This document shows positions 9,655-19,500 of a stretch of 64,000 nucleotides of DNA, in pieces. Made by a program: the position numbers and the translations under genes. The stretch comes from an uncultured Anaerolineaceae bacterium (GTDB lineage: Bacteria > Chloroflexota > Anaerolineae > Anaerolineales > UBA4823): positions 6,249 through 70,248 of the forward strand of contig CAZGIX010000001.1 of assembly GCA_964525785.1 (NCBI GenBank). The letters run 5' to 3'. The notes below the pieces were generated by a model that was given only the letters and a program-made list of their open reading frames with translations, made no database searches and was not told where the DNA came from. The first letter of the stretch is position 1. Each line of letters starts with the position of its first letter.

Positions 9655-10509
9655 TTATCTAAGCATCCGGATTAATTCCTCATATTCTTCATCCGGCATC
9701 CCAAACCAGTTATCCGGTTGGGGGAAGGAATGCTCGCTGACTTCTTTCACATAAAGTGTCAGGCCGTCCAAAATGACCTTGCCTGCCTCACCAAATACTT
9801 TCGCCATGCGTGGCTTGAAGCGCGGGAATAGTCCAAACATGTCGTGGTAAATGAGAAGTTGTCCATGTGCGCTCGGACCCGAGCCCAGACTCATGATAAT
9901 GCAATTATCTGCCCGTTCTGTGATCAGCTTGCACACCCGGTCAGGCACCATTTCTAACAAGATCATAAATGCTCCTGCGGCTTCGAGTGCCTTGGCATCA
10001 TCGATGATCTTCTTGGCCTGCCATGCACCTTTACCCTGTACCCTGAACCCACCCAGGGCGCTGACACTTTGGGGGGTCAGTCCAAGGTGACCGATCGCTG
10101 GTATGCCAGAATTCACGATGCCGCGAATACGATCAGCCATCTCAGCGCCACCCTCCAGCTTTATGGCATCACAGCCGGCCTCTGCCATGAACCGGCCAGC
10201 ATTGCGGATAGCCGACTCAACGCTGGGTTGGTAGCTCATGTACGGCATGTCCCCAACCAGGAAAACGTTTGGCGCGCCGCGCCGTACAGCCTGGGTATGG
10301 CGGATCATATCATCCATGGTCACCGGCAGGGTGTTCTCGTAGCCAAGCATCGTCATGCCCAGGCTGTCACCTACCAGGATCATGTCGATACCAGCCTCTT
10401 CTTGCAGGTGTGCAGTAGGATAATCGTAGCAGGTCAGCCATGTGATCGGTTCCCCGCTGGCGACCTTCTTAAATAAAGCCGGTAGATTGACTTTCTTACG
10501 TTCCGACAT
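9655..10509 (-). CDS. panB: 3-methyl-2-oxobutanoate hydroxymethyltransferase (ketopantoate hydroxymethyltransferase)
   Basis: LTCYDYPTAHL...ILVGDSLGMTMLGYENTLPVTMDDMIRHTQAV...VGDMPYMSYQ, with an AGGAG RBS. Confidence 0.95.
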   Translation of the reverse strand: MSERKKVNLPALFKKVASGEPITWLTCYDYPTAHLQEEAGIDMILVGDSLGMTMLGYENTLPVTMDDMIRHTQAVRRGAPNVFLVGDMPYMSYQPSVESAIRNAGRFMAEAGCDAIKLEGGAEMADRIRGIVNSGIPAIGHLGLTPQSVSALGGFRVQGKGAWQAKKIIDDAKALEAAGAFMILLEMVPDRVCKLITERADNCIIMSLGSGPSAHGQLLIYHDMFGLFPRFKPRMAKVFGEAGKVILDGLTLYVKEVSEHSFPQPDNWFGMPDEEYEELIRMLR

Positions 10510-10698
10510 GCGGATACTCCTTGTCCTTTATGAGGTGGATTTACTCGGAAGGGATAACCCTCGGTTTTAGAATTTCCGAATATTGTGGATTATTTTGTTT
10601 TGATGACCTCTCACAATGATTGTACGTGAAAGATGGTACGAATTCAACTGTAGAATGTCACTGCCATCACAGGAATAATCAACTTCGGAAGAAATTTC

Positions 10699-12810
10699 CT
10701 AACGGCGCGTAAGCCTCTGGCGGTTGATGAGCATTCCGAACACAATCACGATCACGACCAGGACACCAAATGCAACCATCCACTGATTGAGATCGGGATC
10801 GGAGGGTGGTGGGATATCACGAGGGGTCGCTGTCGGTCGTGGAGTGCGTGTGGGACGATGGGTACGTGTTGCGGTTGGCGTCAGCGTTGGTGTAGAGGTA
10901 GATGTGGCGGTCGGTAAGGGTGTGGCGGTAGCAGTTAGCAATACCGGCGTTGGCATGTGTTCCGCGATCGGCTGGCTGTCAGCGACTTCAAACGAAATGG
11001 GCTCACCAGGGGCGAAGATATCCAGGAATCCATTGGCGATGACGAGTCCCTGATTGTCGCCTACTGACAGCGATGCCGGGCGTAGATCCAGGGCAATCAC
11101 CGCGTTCGAGCCGATCAAAGTTGCACCCTCGGAGTCGAGGGCGATCGCTGTGTCTAAATTCAAGCCCAAGGCTGCCATTTCGGGGTGGTTGTAGGCTGTA
11201 GAGAACAGCCGACCCCAACGGTTGGAACTCATCAGGCGTGGTTCAATAATCAGTGGGACCAGCTCCAGACCCGGCGATGAGCTGATCTGGTCGAGCAGAA
11301 ATGATCTGGATGCGGCTAGATCCTGCACTGGACGTCCGTCGGTCGGTACCCTCTCAGAAGCGAAATAAGATCCCGCCAAGGCTGCTGCTGCATCATCCAT
11401 TAACAATGTCGTTCCACTTCGCCAGGCAGAGATCACCGGTTCGAGGGCAGCGGATTGAATCCGGGATGGATCAGCGCCGGATATGAGGATGCCATCGTAT
11501 CTGCTTGGGTCTATGTCAAGTGTCTGGGCATCGGGGGGCAGGATATAAATACTCGCATGCATTTCCAAAGAACTGCTAATCTGCACAGCGACCGATTGCG
11601 CCTGGTTGGTGCTCGGATAGCCTGCGACAATAACCAGCCAGTTCTGCCGGGGTGAACCGCTGATTTGGCGAAGATAATCCAGGATAATTTGGCTTGAATC
11701 CTGCATGGCGAACCCGCCGCTGAGGATCAGCGTCCCTGCATCGGGAGGAAGCCTCAGCTGTAAGGGATCGCGGTTCAGGCGTTCTTGAACCGGCGCCAGG
11801 GAATGCTGGCGGGTCAGCAGATCGTATGAGAATTCACCGGGCGCCAGAAGATGGACAAGCACATTGCGCATGCTTATCAGCGGAGTACATGGAAGAACAG
11901 CCGCATTTACCTCCCCGCAGCCCCGGTAGCGAGCGCGTGCTGCAGATTGGTAGGTTTCAGCGTCAAGTACCATTACCGCTGAGCGTCCGAATACGGCGTC
12001 CAGACTATTACCGTCGGGTGCAAAAACCGTGGTACCAGTGTCAATGCCAATACCTACATGGGGTCCGTCCGGCAGATGGATTGCATTCAGTAAACGACCA
12101 ATATTACCCTGTTGAAAATAACTGGTATCTACAATGGCGTTTTGAAAACCAATGAATAATCCGTGATGTTCAGCTGAATTCCATAATTCAACGGCGTGGA
12201 AATTCAAAGCATGTTTATTATCGAAACCCGGAGAATAGCCGCGCAGCATAGCTGCTGAGCTTAATGTCCCCCCGGCGCCTGTTCCTGCGATCATTGTACC
12301 TGCCTGGTGTGCACGCACCAATGCGCCCTCCACCGGTGTACCCCCAATCACCTGTGTGGCAACCGCAGGGTCGCCGTCGGGAATAAAGATCGCAGAGAGA
12401 TGTTCCGAAAAATGGGATAGTAAATCTGGATTGAGTGCATCATCACGGATGAATATTGGGATCATATCAACCGTGCATGTTACCTCTCTCCCGGCTGCTT
12501 GTTGGCAAACCGCTTCTATCTCCGCTCTGAGATTTTCAGCTGTACGCAACACTTGCTGGCGCTCGGCATCGCTGATCACATCTGGATCAGAGGCAAGCGT
12601 GATCGGCAAGACCAGGATGCTGGCGATGCCCGATTGGGCATTCGAAATCGCTGCCCGAGAGAGAGCAGGATAGATCTCTGCGTAGCCCCCCCCGGCGGGT
12701 AAAAGCAGCGGGGTATTACTTCCAGATTGTGCCGAAACTGCTCTATTAAGGCTGATAGATAATAAGACAACCAGGAGAAGCAGGACAAATACGTACTTGT
12801 ATTTTTGCAT
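10699..12810 (-). CDS. Secreted, membrane-anchored protein with two tandem cyanophycinase/peptidase-S51-like domains
   Basis: N-terminal signal peptide. Two copies of the S51-like layout: (GGG...ILVLP...IFIPDGDP...IAGTGAGG) and (LSGG...LVIVAG...ILISGADP...LLMDDAAA). C-terminal Thr/Pro-rich linker, one TM helix, and an RQRLTRR tail. Confidence 0.6.
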   Translation of the reverse strand: MQKYKYVFVLLLLVVLLSISLNRAVSAQSGSNTPLLLPAGGGYAEIYPALSRAAISNAQSGIASILVLPITLASDPDVISDAERQQVLRTAENLRAEIEAVCQQAAGREVTCTVDMIPIFIRDDALNPDLLSHFSEHLSAIFIPDGDPAVATQVIGGTPVEGALVRAHQAGTMIAGTGAGGTLSSAAMLRGYSPGFDNKHALNFHAVELWNSAEHHGLFIGFQNAIVDTSYFQQGNIGRLLNAIHLPDGPHVGIGIDTGTTVFAPDGNSLDAVFGRSAVMVLDAETYQSAARARYRGCGEVNAAVLPCTPLISMRNVLVHLLAPGEFSYDLLTRQHSLAPVQERLNRDPLQLRLPPDAGTLILSGGFAMQDSSQIILDYLRQISGSPRQNWLVIVAGYPSTNQAQSVAVQISSSLEMHASIYILPPDAQTLDIDPSRYDGILISGADPSRIQSAALEPVISAWRSGTTLLMDDAAAALAGSYFASERVPTDGRPVQDLAASRSFLLDQISSSPGLELVPLIIEPRLMSSNRWGRLFSTAYNHPEMAALGLNLDTAIALDSEGATLIGSNAVIALDLRPASLSVGDNQGLVIANGFLDIFAPGEPISFEVADSQPIAEHMPTPVLLTATATPLPTATSTSTPTLTPTATRTHRPTRTPRPTATPRDIPPPSDPDLNQWMVAFGVLVVIVIVFGMLINRQRLTRR

Positions 12811-12815
12811 CTCCT

Positions 12816-13979
12816 CTATTTTACCCTGAGAATGTGTGTGATGATCGTAGCTCCACTACCGCCGATATTTTGAGCCATCCCGATCCGCGCGCCGTCCAAT
12901 TGGGTTGGACCGGCTTCGCCACGCAGCTGCTGCACAACCTCGGCTATCTGATAAATCCCAGTAGCGCCAACCGGGTGGCCGCGCGCTTTCAGACCACCCA
13001 ATGTGCAGATGGGAATACGCCCACCAGGGTGGATGTGTCCATCAAGACCCAGACGCGGCGCCTGTCCGCGCTCAGCAAATCCACACGCTTCCAACGAAAG
13101 GGCGGTCATGATCGAGAAAGCATCATGCAGCTCAAACAGGTCAATATCTTGTGGTGTAACCCCAGCCTGAGCGTATGCGCGTGATGCTGAGCTGGCGGCA
13201 GCAGACAGCAAGGTAACATCCTTCCGGTCATGGACTGCCAGCGTATCGGTAGCAGCGGTCGATCCGGCTATGGCTACAACTGGCCGGCCCTTTCCATTGC
13301 GGTGCCGCAGGTGTTCTAACGGTACGATGAGCACAGCCGCGGCACCATCCCCAATCGGAGAGGCATCCAGCAGATTGATGGGTTCAGCCACCATGCGTGC
13401 ATTTTGGTAATCTTTTTCGGTAATAGCTTCATGCAGCCTGGCGTACGGATTGTGGAGGGCATTGGCATGGGCATTGATCGAAAATGGGGCGAAATCGGTG
13501 TGCTTCCAGCCGTATTCGTACAAATAGCGGCGCATGACCAATGCATTAAGTGCCACAAAAGACAGCCCGTGCGGAGTTTCGTAATCAGCATCTGCAGCTT
13601 CTGCCAAAGCCGCTGTGGTATCCGCACCTTTCATCTCGGTCATTTTTTCCACACCCAGGGCGATGGCTGAGTCAATCTCGCCAGAGCCGACTGCCATGAT
13701 CGCCAGCCGCAGGGCAGCCGCGCCTGACCCACAGGCTGCCTCCACTTTAACTGCCTCAATGTGTCTCAAGCCAGCCCAATCAGCAATCAAAGTCCCCAAT
13801 GCTTCCTGGTGGCTGAGGATACCCGACAGCATGTTGCCGACAAACAATGCATCTACACCCTCACGCCCGGCGTCTTGCAAAGCCTTCAGCACTGCCTCGC
13901 TTGCCTGCTCGCGCAGCGATGTTTCCCAACTTTCAGCGACCGGAGTTTGACCGATCCCGAGGATGGCTAATTCACGCAT
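12816..13979 (-). CDS. Thiolase-family protein (acetyl-CoA acetyltransferase-like, archaeal/SCP-x type)
   Basis: Active-site Cys context VEAACGSGAAAL, plus the C-terminal motifs GHPVGATG and NIGGSGAT. Start is ATG 13979 (GTG 13994 is also open). Confidence 0.85.
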   Translation of the reverse strand: MRELAILGIGQTPVAESWETSLREQASEAVLKALQDAGREGVDALFVGNMLSGILSHQEALGTLIADWAGLRHIEAVKVEAACGSGAAALRLAIMAVGSGEIDSAIALGVEKMTEMKGADTTAALAEAADADYETPHGLSFVALNALVMRRYLYEYGWKHTDFAPFSINAHANALHNPYARLHEAITEKDYQNARMVAEPINLLDASPIGDGAAAVLIVPLEHLRHRNGKGRPVVAIAGSTAATDTLAVHDRKDVTLLSAAASSASRAYAQAGVTPQDIDLFELHDAFSIMTALSLEACGFAERGQAPRLGLDGHIHPGGRIPICTLGGLKARGHPVGATGIYQIAEVVQQLRGEAGPTQLDGARIGMAQNIGGSGATIITHILRVK

Positions 13980-14045
13980 ATATTGATTTACCACCTTTTG
14001 TGAAAATCAACACATATTATCCTCTTGAATACTCTCAGAAACTAT

Positions 14046-14945
14046 CTACCTAGAGCCGACGATCCCGGAGGAGCTTTGTTCCAGCGTAATCACGGCAATC
14101 TCCGGAGGGCAATTAATGCGAATTTGCAGCTCAGCAGTGCCCAGACCACGGTTTGCATAGAGCTGCATGCCATCTATTTGATACAAGCCGTACGGATATC
14201 GACGCGCCAGATAGGGTAAAAAGATCGCGCCTAAACCCGGCAGCCTTACCTGACCGCCGTGGCTGTGACCCGAGAGCTGCAGATCGAACCGCCCAGTGGC
14301 TGCGCTGATATCTGCGTAATCCGGTTCATGTACCAATAAGATCGCTGCTCCCTCTGAAGGCATCTGTTCGATTACTAAATCCAGCCGATCTAGACGGAGG
14401 TAATGCGAATCCACACCCGCGACATGCAGGAAATTCGATTCCCGATTCAGGCTGATGATCCGGTTGCTCATATCAATTGCACCTGCGCTATCGATCGACT
14501 GTCGGATTACCTGTGCATCGGACCAATGATCGTGATTTCCCAACACCGCTAATACACCGTCGTTGGATTTCAGCCGGCTCAATGCCTCGATGATGCCTGG
14601 TGCATAGAGTTCCGGCTGATAGGTGACGAAATCTCCGGTTATGGCGATCAGATCTGGTTTCAGACCATTCACCTGCTCGACCACTTGATCCAGGATGGAT
14701 TGGTTCAACCAGGTGCCAAGATGCAGATCACTGATATGGACGATGCGATACCCGGAAAATGCGACCGGCAGGCGTGGAAGCGCCAATCTTAGCTGCGTAA
14801 TCTCCAGCCAATCCGTATGATCCCGTGGATTCGGAATTCTTCCCAGACTGGCTAGCTTGATGCCGTTCTTCGAGTGGGCAAAGGCTATGAACGCGCCTAG
14901 AAGTACCCGCCTGATCGGGTTGCGGGGAAGATATTTGGACTTCAT
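14046..14945 (-). CDS. Calcineurin-like metallophosphoesterase
   Basis: Motifs ISDLHLG, GDFV, GNHDHW and SGHSHGGQ. Confidence 0.85.
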   Translation of the reverse strand: MKSKYLPRNPIRRVLLGAFIAFAHSKNGIKLASLGRIPNPRDHTDWLEITQLRLALPRLPVAFSGYRIVHISDLHLGTWLNQSILDQVVEQVNGLKPDLIAITGDFVTYQPELYAPGIIEALSRLKSNDGVLAVLGNHDHWSDAQVIRQSIDSAGAIDMSNRIISLNRESNFLHVAGVDSHYLRLDRLDLVIEQMPSEGAAILLVHEPDYADISAATGRFDLQLSGHSHGGQVRLPGLGAIFLPYLARRYPYGLYQIDGMQLYANRGLGTAELQIRINCPPEIAVITLEQSSSGIVGSR

Positions 14946-14988
14946 TCAATCTCCCTGGGGATATGCTCTCTGATGGAACGGATCGGTA

Positions 14989-15582
14989 TTACTGGCTGGA
15001 TCCCCGGCGGTGGTGTGAAGATAAGATGTACAGTTCTTTTGATAAAAAACGTTCATCAGGGCGTGCTTCCCATGTATAGATCACATAGGTACGTGCAATC
15101 TTATCATGCCAACCCTGGCGTTGGTCGTCGATCAGAACCCAGAAAAAGCCAATGAATAAGGGGGCGGCTGAAACAAAGTAGCCCAGGTAGCGTAGCAGGC
15201 TGCGAACCACCGAGACTCGCTTGCCTTCTACAGCGACAACCCGCAGGCCAAGCAGGGCTTTTCCGGGTGTTTGTCCTGCAAAGTACGTGAAGAAGACATG
15301 ATACAAAAGGATAAAGAGGGCAGAAAGGAATCCAATCAGGAATGAGTCGCGTAAGAAATCTATTACCGGTCCAACGCCGGGGATTTTATTAGCAGAGATG
15401 CCGAGGAATATTCCCGTGCTCAATGTATCGAGTGTTACCCAGACGATCCAATTAAATACGGTGATGGTCAATGCGATGATGATTGCATCGATGATAAAGG
15501 CAAGCACACGGCTGATAAATCCAGCATAATAACCCTGTAGGTCCGTTATGATTGGTGCGGTTTGTCCTTGTGTCTGGTTCAT
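14989..15582 (-). CDS. RDD-family membrane protein
   Basis: Three or four TM helices, and an RDD-type core GQTPGKALLGLRVV...DDQRQGWHDKIARTYV. Confidence 0.8.
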   Translation of the reverse strand: MNQTQGQTAPIITDLQGYYAGFISRVLAFIIDAIIIALTITVFNWIVWVTLDTLSTGIFLGISANKIPGVGPVIDFLRDSFLIGFLSALFILLYHVFFTYFAGQTPGKALLGLRVVAVEGKRVSVVRSLLRYLGYFVSAAPLFIGFFWVLIDDQRQGWHDKIARTYVIYTWEARPDERFLSKELYILSSHHRRGSSQ

Positions 15583-16400
15583 TGGAGCCGCTTTTTACCC
15601 CGCTGATGGATAGATCGCAGAGAAGCTGCCTTAATTTTCACTTCTGGAGAGGGTGCAGGCACCTCCACGCGCGGTGTTTTGCGAAAGATACCGCGTGCTA
15701 TCCCTTCCAGGAACGTATCCGCACTCACCGTCCTCTCACGCACCTCTTCAACAACTTCGTTCGCCAGTCCAGTGCTCTGTGTTTGCACCAAATCTCTGAC
15801 TGAGGGATTGGCAGCCAGGTAGTCGAAGAAAGCATCTATCGTCTCGCTCAGCGCTCTTGTCATCAAAATCCGACTGGATAATTCCTGCTCTTCTCCTGTT
15901 TTAATCCAGCTTGCCAATTCCATCTCGCCTCGGGCAACAAGTTGATCATATCTGCGTTTTGCTGGTTTGATCAACGGTAAGCGCGCGAGCGGTTTTAGGA
16001 GTGGGCTGACACTTTTTTCAATCAATCGCCCGATCCTACCGGCCTGGGCAACACTATAACGGATGTTATCCTCGGCCTGAAAGATCATCCCGATCATCGC
16101 CCGTCGGGCTGTCACAACAGCAGAGCCAGATTCCCTGACACCAACTGCACCTTTCCGGGCAGGTGAAATTCCATCCTGCTGTGCTGCTGGCAGCATTTCT
16201 CTCACCTGACGATCAGTAGTCGTCTCCCATTCTTCCAGCCGGCTCCAAAGCTCGTCCATGAACAAGCCAATGCCGCCCACGACCAACCGTGTCAGTGAAC
16301 GGCTGTGGACGAAAAGGGGTGCATCCTGCGTAATCTGGTTCATATCGGCAGATGCATCTGCTGGTAGCTGAGAGGATGCTGGATTCTCCAAGGTATTCAC
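15579..16400 (-). CDS. Hypothetical protein, translationally coupled to the RDD gene
   Basis: ATGA overlap with the RDD gene start. Mostly helical and charged, with no recognised motif. The start is GTG 16400 with a weak RBS, so the start is uncertain. Confidence 0.5.
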   Translation of the reverse strand: MNTLENPASSQLPADASADMNQITQDAPLFVHSRSLTRLVVGGIGLFMDELWSRLEEWETTTDRQVREMLPAAQQDGISPARKGAVGVRESGSAVVTARRAMIGMIFQAEDNIRYSVAQAGRIGRLIEKSVSPLLKPLARLPLIKPAKRRYDQLVARGEMELASWIKTGEEQELSSRILMTRALSETIDAFFDYLAANPSVRDLVQTQSTGLANEVVEEVRERTVSADTFLEGIARGIFRKTPRVEVPAPSPEVKIKAASLRSIHQRGKKRLQ

Positions 16401-16583
16401 TCCATAAGATCTTCAGAACCCGCGGTAGACATCAGTTCCTAATATTATAGTCGAATGCTGTAGAGGCAGGATGGTTTATCGCTGCTTCACCAGAGAGAAA
16501 TCACCACCTGACAGATCATGAAGCGCACGAATACACAGCGTGGCAGATTCGCTCCACCCCCAGAAATTGATTGTTGTGGATGC

Positions 16584-19500
16584 TTAAGGCAGCACTTCTA
16601 TTGAATCACTGGCAGAGCGTCCCCAGACCGTTGCATCATACATGGCATACACTTCAGCCGGTAATGCCGTGAAGCTGCCGCTGCGAGTGGCGCGTGCCAG
16701 GTAGCTGTATGTATGCTCCCCAAAGCCGAGTTCTGAAATGAAGAAGCTCACCCGATCGCTATGCACTTCCTTGTTGTTGTAGCCATAGTCCTGCCAGTAA
16801 TAAGTCGGCTCTTCGTAGAGCGTTTGCTCGTGGCTGGTCGTATTCAGGCTTTCGTTCAACGCCTCTAATCCACCGGGCAGTTTATCTTCCACGATGATAA
16901 AAAAACCTTTATCCGGCAAAGTTACCCGCAAAGTGACACGCAAGAGCTCGCCTGTCTTATAGCTGGTAATGACTTCATTCGTATCAGCAGATGTATAGGT
17001 CCGTTCGACCTGCACGCTCCCCGCAGCCTCCACCTGTTCATATGGAAATTCCATCCGGCTGTTGATCAGGTAATACAGGCGTTGATCGCTGGCTGAGTGC
17101 ATGCTGATCAGGTTTCCTCCTGTTTGGAGCTGTGTGACAGGCACCTCCAGGGAGATGACCGGTTCGCCAGGGCCTAAGAGTCCACTGGAAATCACATCAT
17201 CGTTTAGAGAGATCGCGTACTCTGTGTCAGCCGTCAATGCCTGCTCTGCCAGAAGGTGATCAGTCAGGGCGATGATGGTGAAAGCCGTCTCATTCGTCGA
17301 GCCCCAGCCGTTTTGGCTGCGCTGCTTCATCAACCAGCGGACCATACCGGGCACCAGAGGGTGGTCGGGTCTGATGTTTACAAAAGCATCCAATGCCAGA
17401 GCCGTGCTGCGTACACTGGAGGACATGGTCTTTTCATAGTAATGACCATCTTCATATGGATTGGGCCAGTATACTAACCCATCTCTCTGCACTGCGCTCT
17501 CCGCGAGCAGAGCCAAGATCGCCTGCGCCTGCTCATGGGCACCCAGCTTGAACAATGCCAGTGCCAGGGCTGCCTCGCTGAAGGTATCCAGCTCATAAGC
17601 TTGGTCTGCAAGGCGGAGGGTTGCATCTATATCGCCATAGCCGGCGTAAGCCAGGCTGAATAAGGCAAATGCCTGGGTGCGCAGATCCGCTCCTTCGAAT
17701 TCCTGGTCGCCTGTATAAGCGGTAATGTGATCCCCTGCATACCCCATGGCAACCGGGTTGGGATCCTGGACATACGCTTTCAACCAATCAGCTCCGCGCT
17801 GGATAACCTGTGGGTCACCCTCATAGCCTGCCTCAGCTGTCACTGCCAGACCAAAGACAACCCAGGCAGTCTGATAATCGTGTGTCTGGTCGTCATACCA
17901 CCACCCCCAGCCGCCATCATTATGCTGGTATCCGTACAGGCGCTGAAGACCGGCATTGATCAAAGCTGGCAGATCAGATTCCAAAGTGGGATTGCTCACT
18001 CCGAGCTGGTGGAATGCTCGCCCAACCACGGCATTGGGCAATGCGCGGCTCATGGTTTGCTCTACACAGCCATATGGATAGCCGGTTAAGAATTCCAGGC
18101 CGGTCAGCAATGTACCCGCAATGCTGCGGCTGACCTCAATGAGCACTGTGCTGCTTTCCAACACACCTCCTGGCACCACGATGGCAGTGTTGAACTCGCC
18201 TGTGAAATCACCCACCTGGTTATTTACCTCCGCTACTGCTCGCTCCTGGATTGGCAGCAGCAGAACCACAGCATCGCCTACCAGAGCTGTGTCAACCGGG
18301 ATGGCAGACACAGTTACCCGCGCTGAACCGGCTGCCAATACCTCTCCATTCCAGCCGAGCATACGCACTTCGCCGGGTGATAGGTTGAGGGACTGGGTTG
18401 GAGAGCCAGATATCAGGATTGGTGGAGTTGAAGCTGGCTGTCCTGATTCATCGCCATTATGAATCTGTATGGAAACCGCGAGCTCAACTGGCTCGGAAGA
18501 GTAATTATGCAGCATAGCAGAGAGCTCTACCTTGTCTCCGTTTGTCAAGATATTCGGCAGGATGGGTCGCACCACGATCTCCTTTTTGGTGACGATGTTC
18601 ACCTGGGAATCGCCGACCATGTGATCAATGGTTATTGCCCGGGCGGTCAGCCGCCAGCTTGTCAGACTATCGGGAAGCGTCAGGCTGAACGTGACTGACC
18701 CTTGCTCATCGGTGGTCAGCAGTGGGAACCAGGCAGCGGTATCTGGAAAATCGCTGCGCGGATTGCCGGAATCACCGCCGCCACCGCCGCCCATCCCCCC
18801 CATCATCAAATATCTCTCCAAGGCCATCGAATCGTAGGTGCGCACGATATGGTCACGCGGCGCGTAGAAGGCATCGAATATAGAGCCCGATAGATTTTCG
18901 CTCAAGCTGAAGATCGCCTCGTCCACCAATGCCGCAGAAAGCTCTGCCTGGACCGGATTGCCCTGCTCGTCGGTCACTTCAATGGTGAAGGTCGCTTCAT
19001 CGCCAGGTGCGTAATCTGGCTGATCCGGAGTGATGTTGATGTTCAATCGCCGACCAACCACTGGAACCAGGAGCTCAACGCTGGCGGTGCGCAGCTTGCT
19101 GTCATTCAGGCTGGTGTAGGTATCTTGTGTCAGGCGAGTATCTTGTTCCTGCCAGGCGTTGACAGTGATATAGATATTCGGCGCATCTTCTGACTGGATA
19201 GGGACCTCGACCAATGTAACCGGAGATGTCAGCTGCACGGCTTGGGCCCGCCGGGTGGTACCGCGCTCAAAGGTTAGAAGTGCCGATCCACTGAATGAAG
19301 ATTCGATCATCAGGCGGGCTGTCTCACCTGGGGTATACGTACTTTTATCGGCTGCTATCCGCAGCGTCTCAATGTAATCACTGGCCCATCGATCGCGAGG
19401 ACGGTAGGCATATAGCCAGGTAGTCTCGAGAATGGCGTTATCGTGGCTGTCTTTTCCGACCAACCTCAACTGGTAGTAGCCCGATCTGTCGATGGTCATT

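Noticed and set aside
10699-10800. The C-terminal TM helix plus basic tail of the S51-like protein as a PEP-CTERM, LPXTG or similar sorting signal.
   Set aside because: No PEP, LPXTG, PGF or GlyGly motif precedes the helix (the sequence is PPPSDPDLNQW), and no sortase or exosortase gene is in the window. It is treated as a simple C-terminal anchor.
10787-10960. Repetitive DNA that looked like a tandem repeat array.
   Set aside because: It is the coding sequence of a Thr/Pro-rich low-complexity linker in the S51-like protein. It has no regular repeat-spacer periodicity. No CRISPR-like array exists anywhere in the window.
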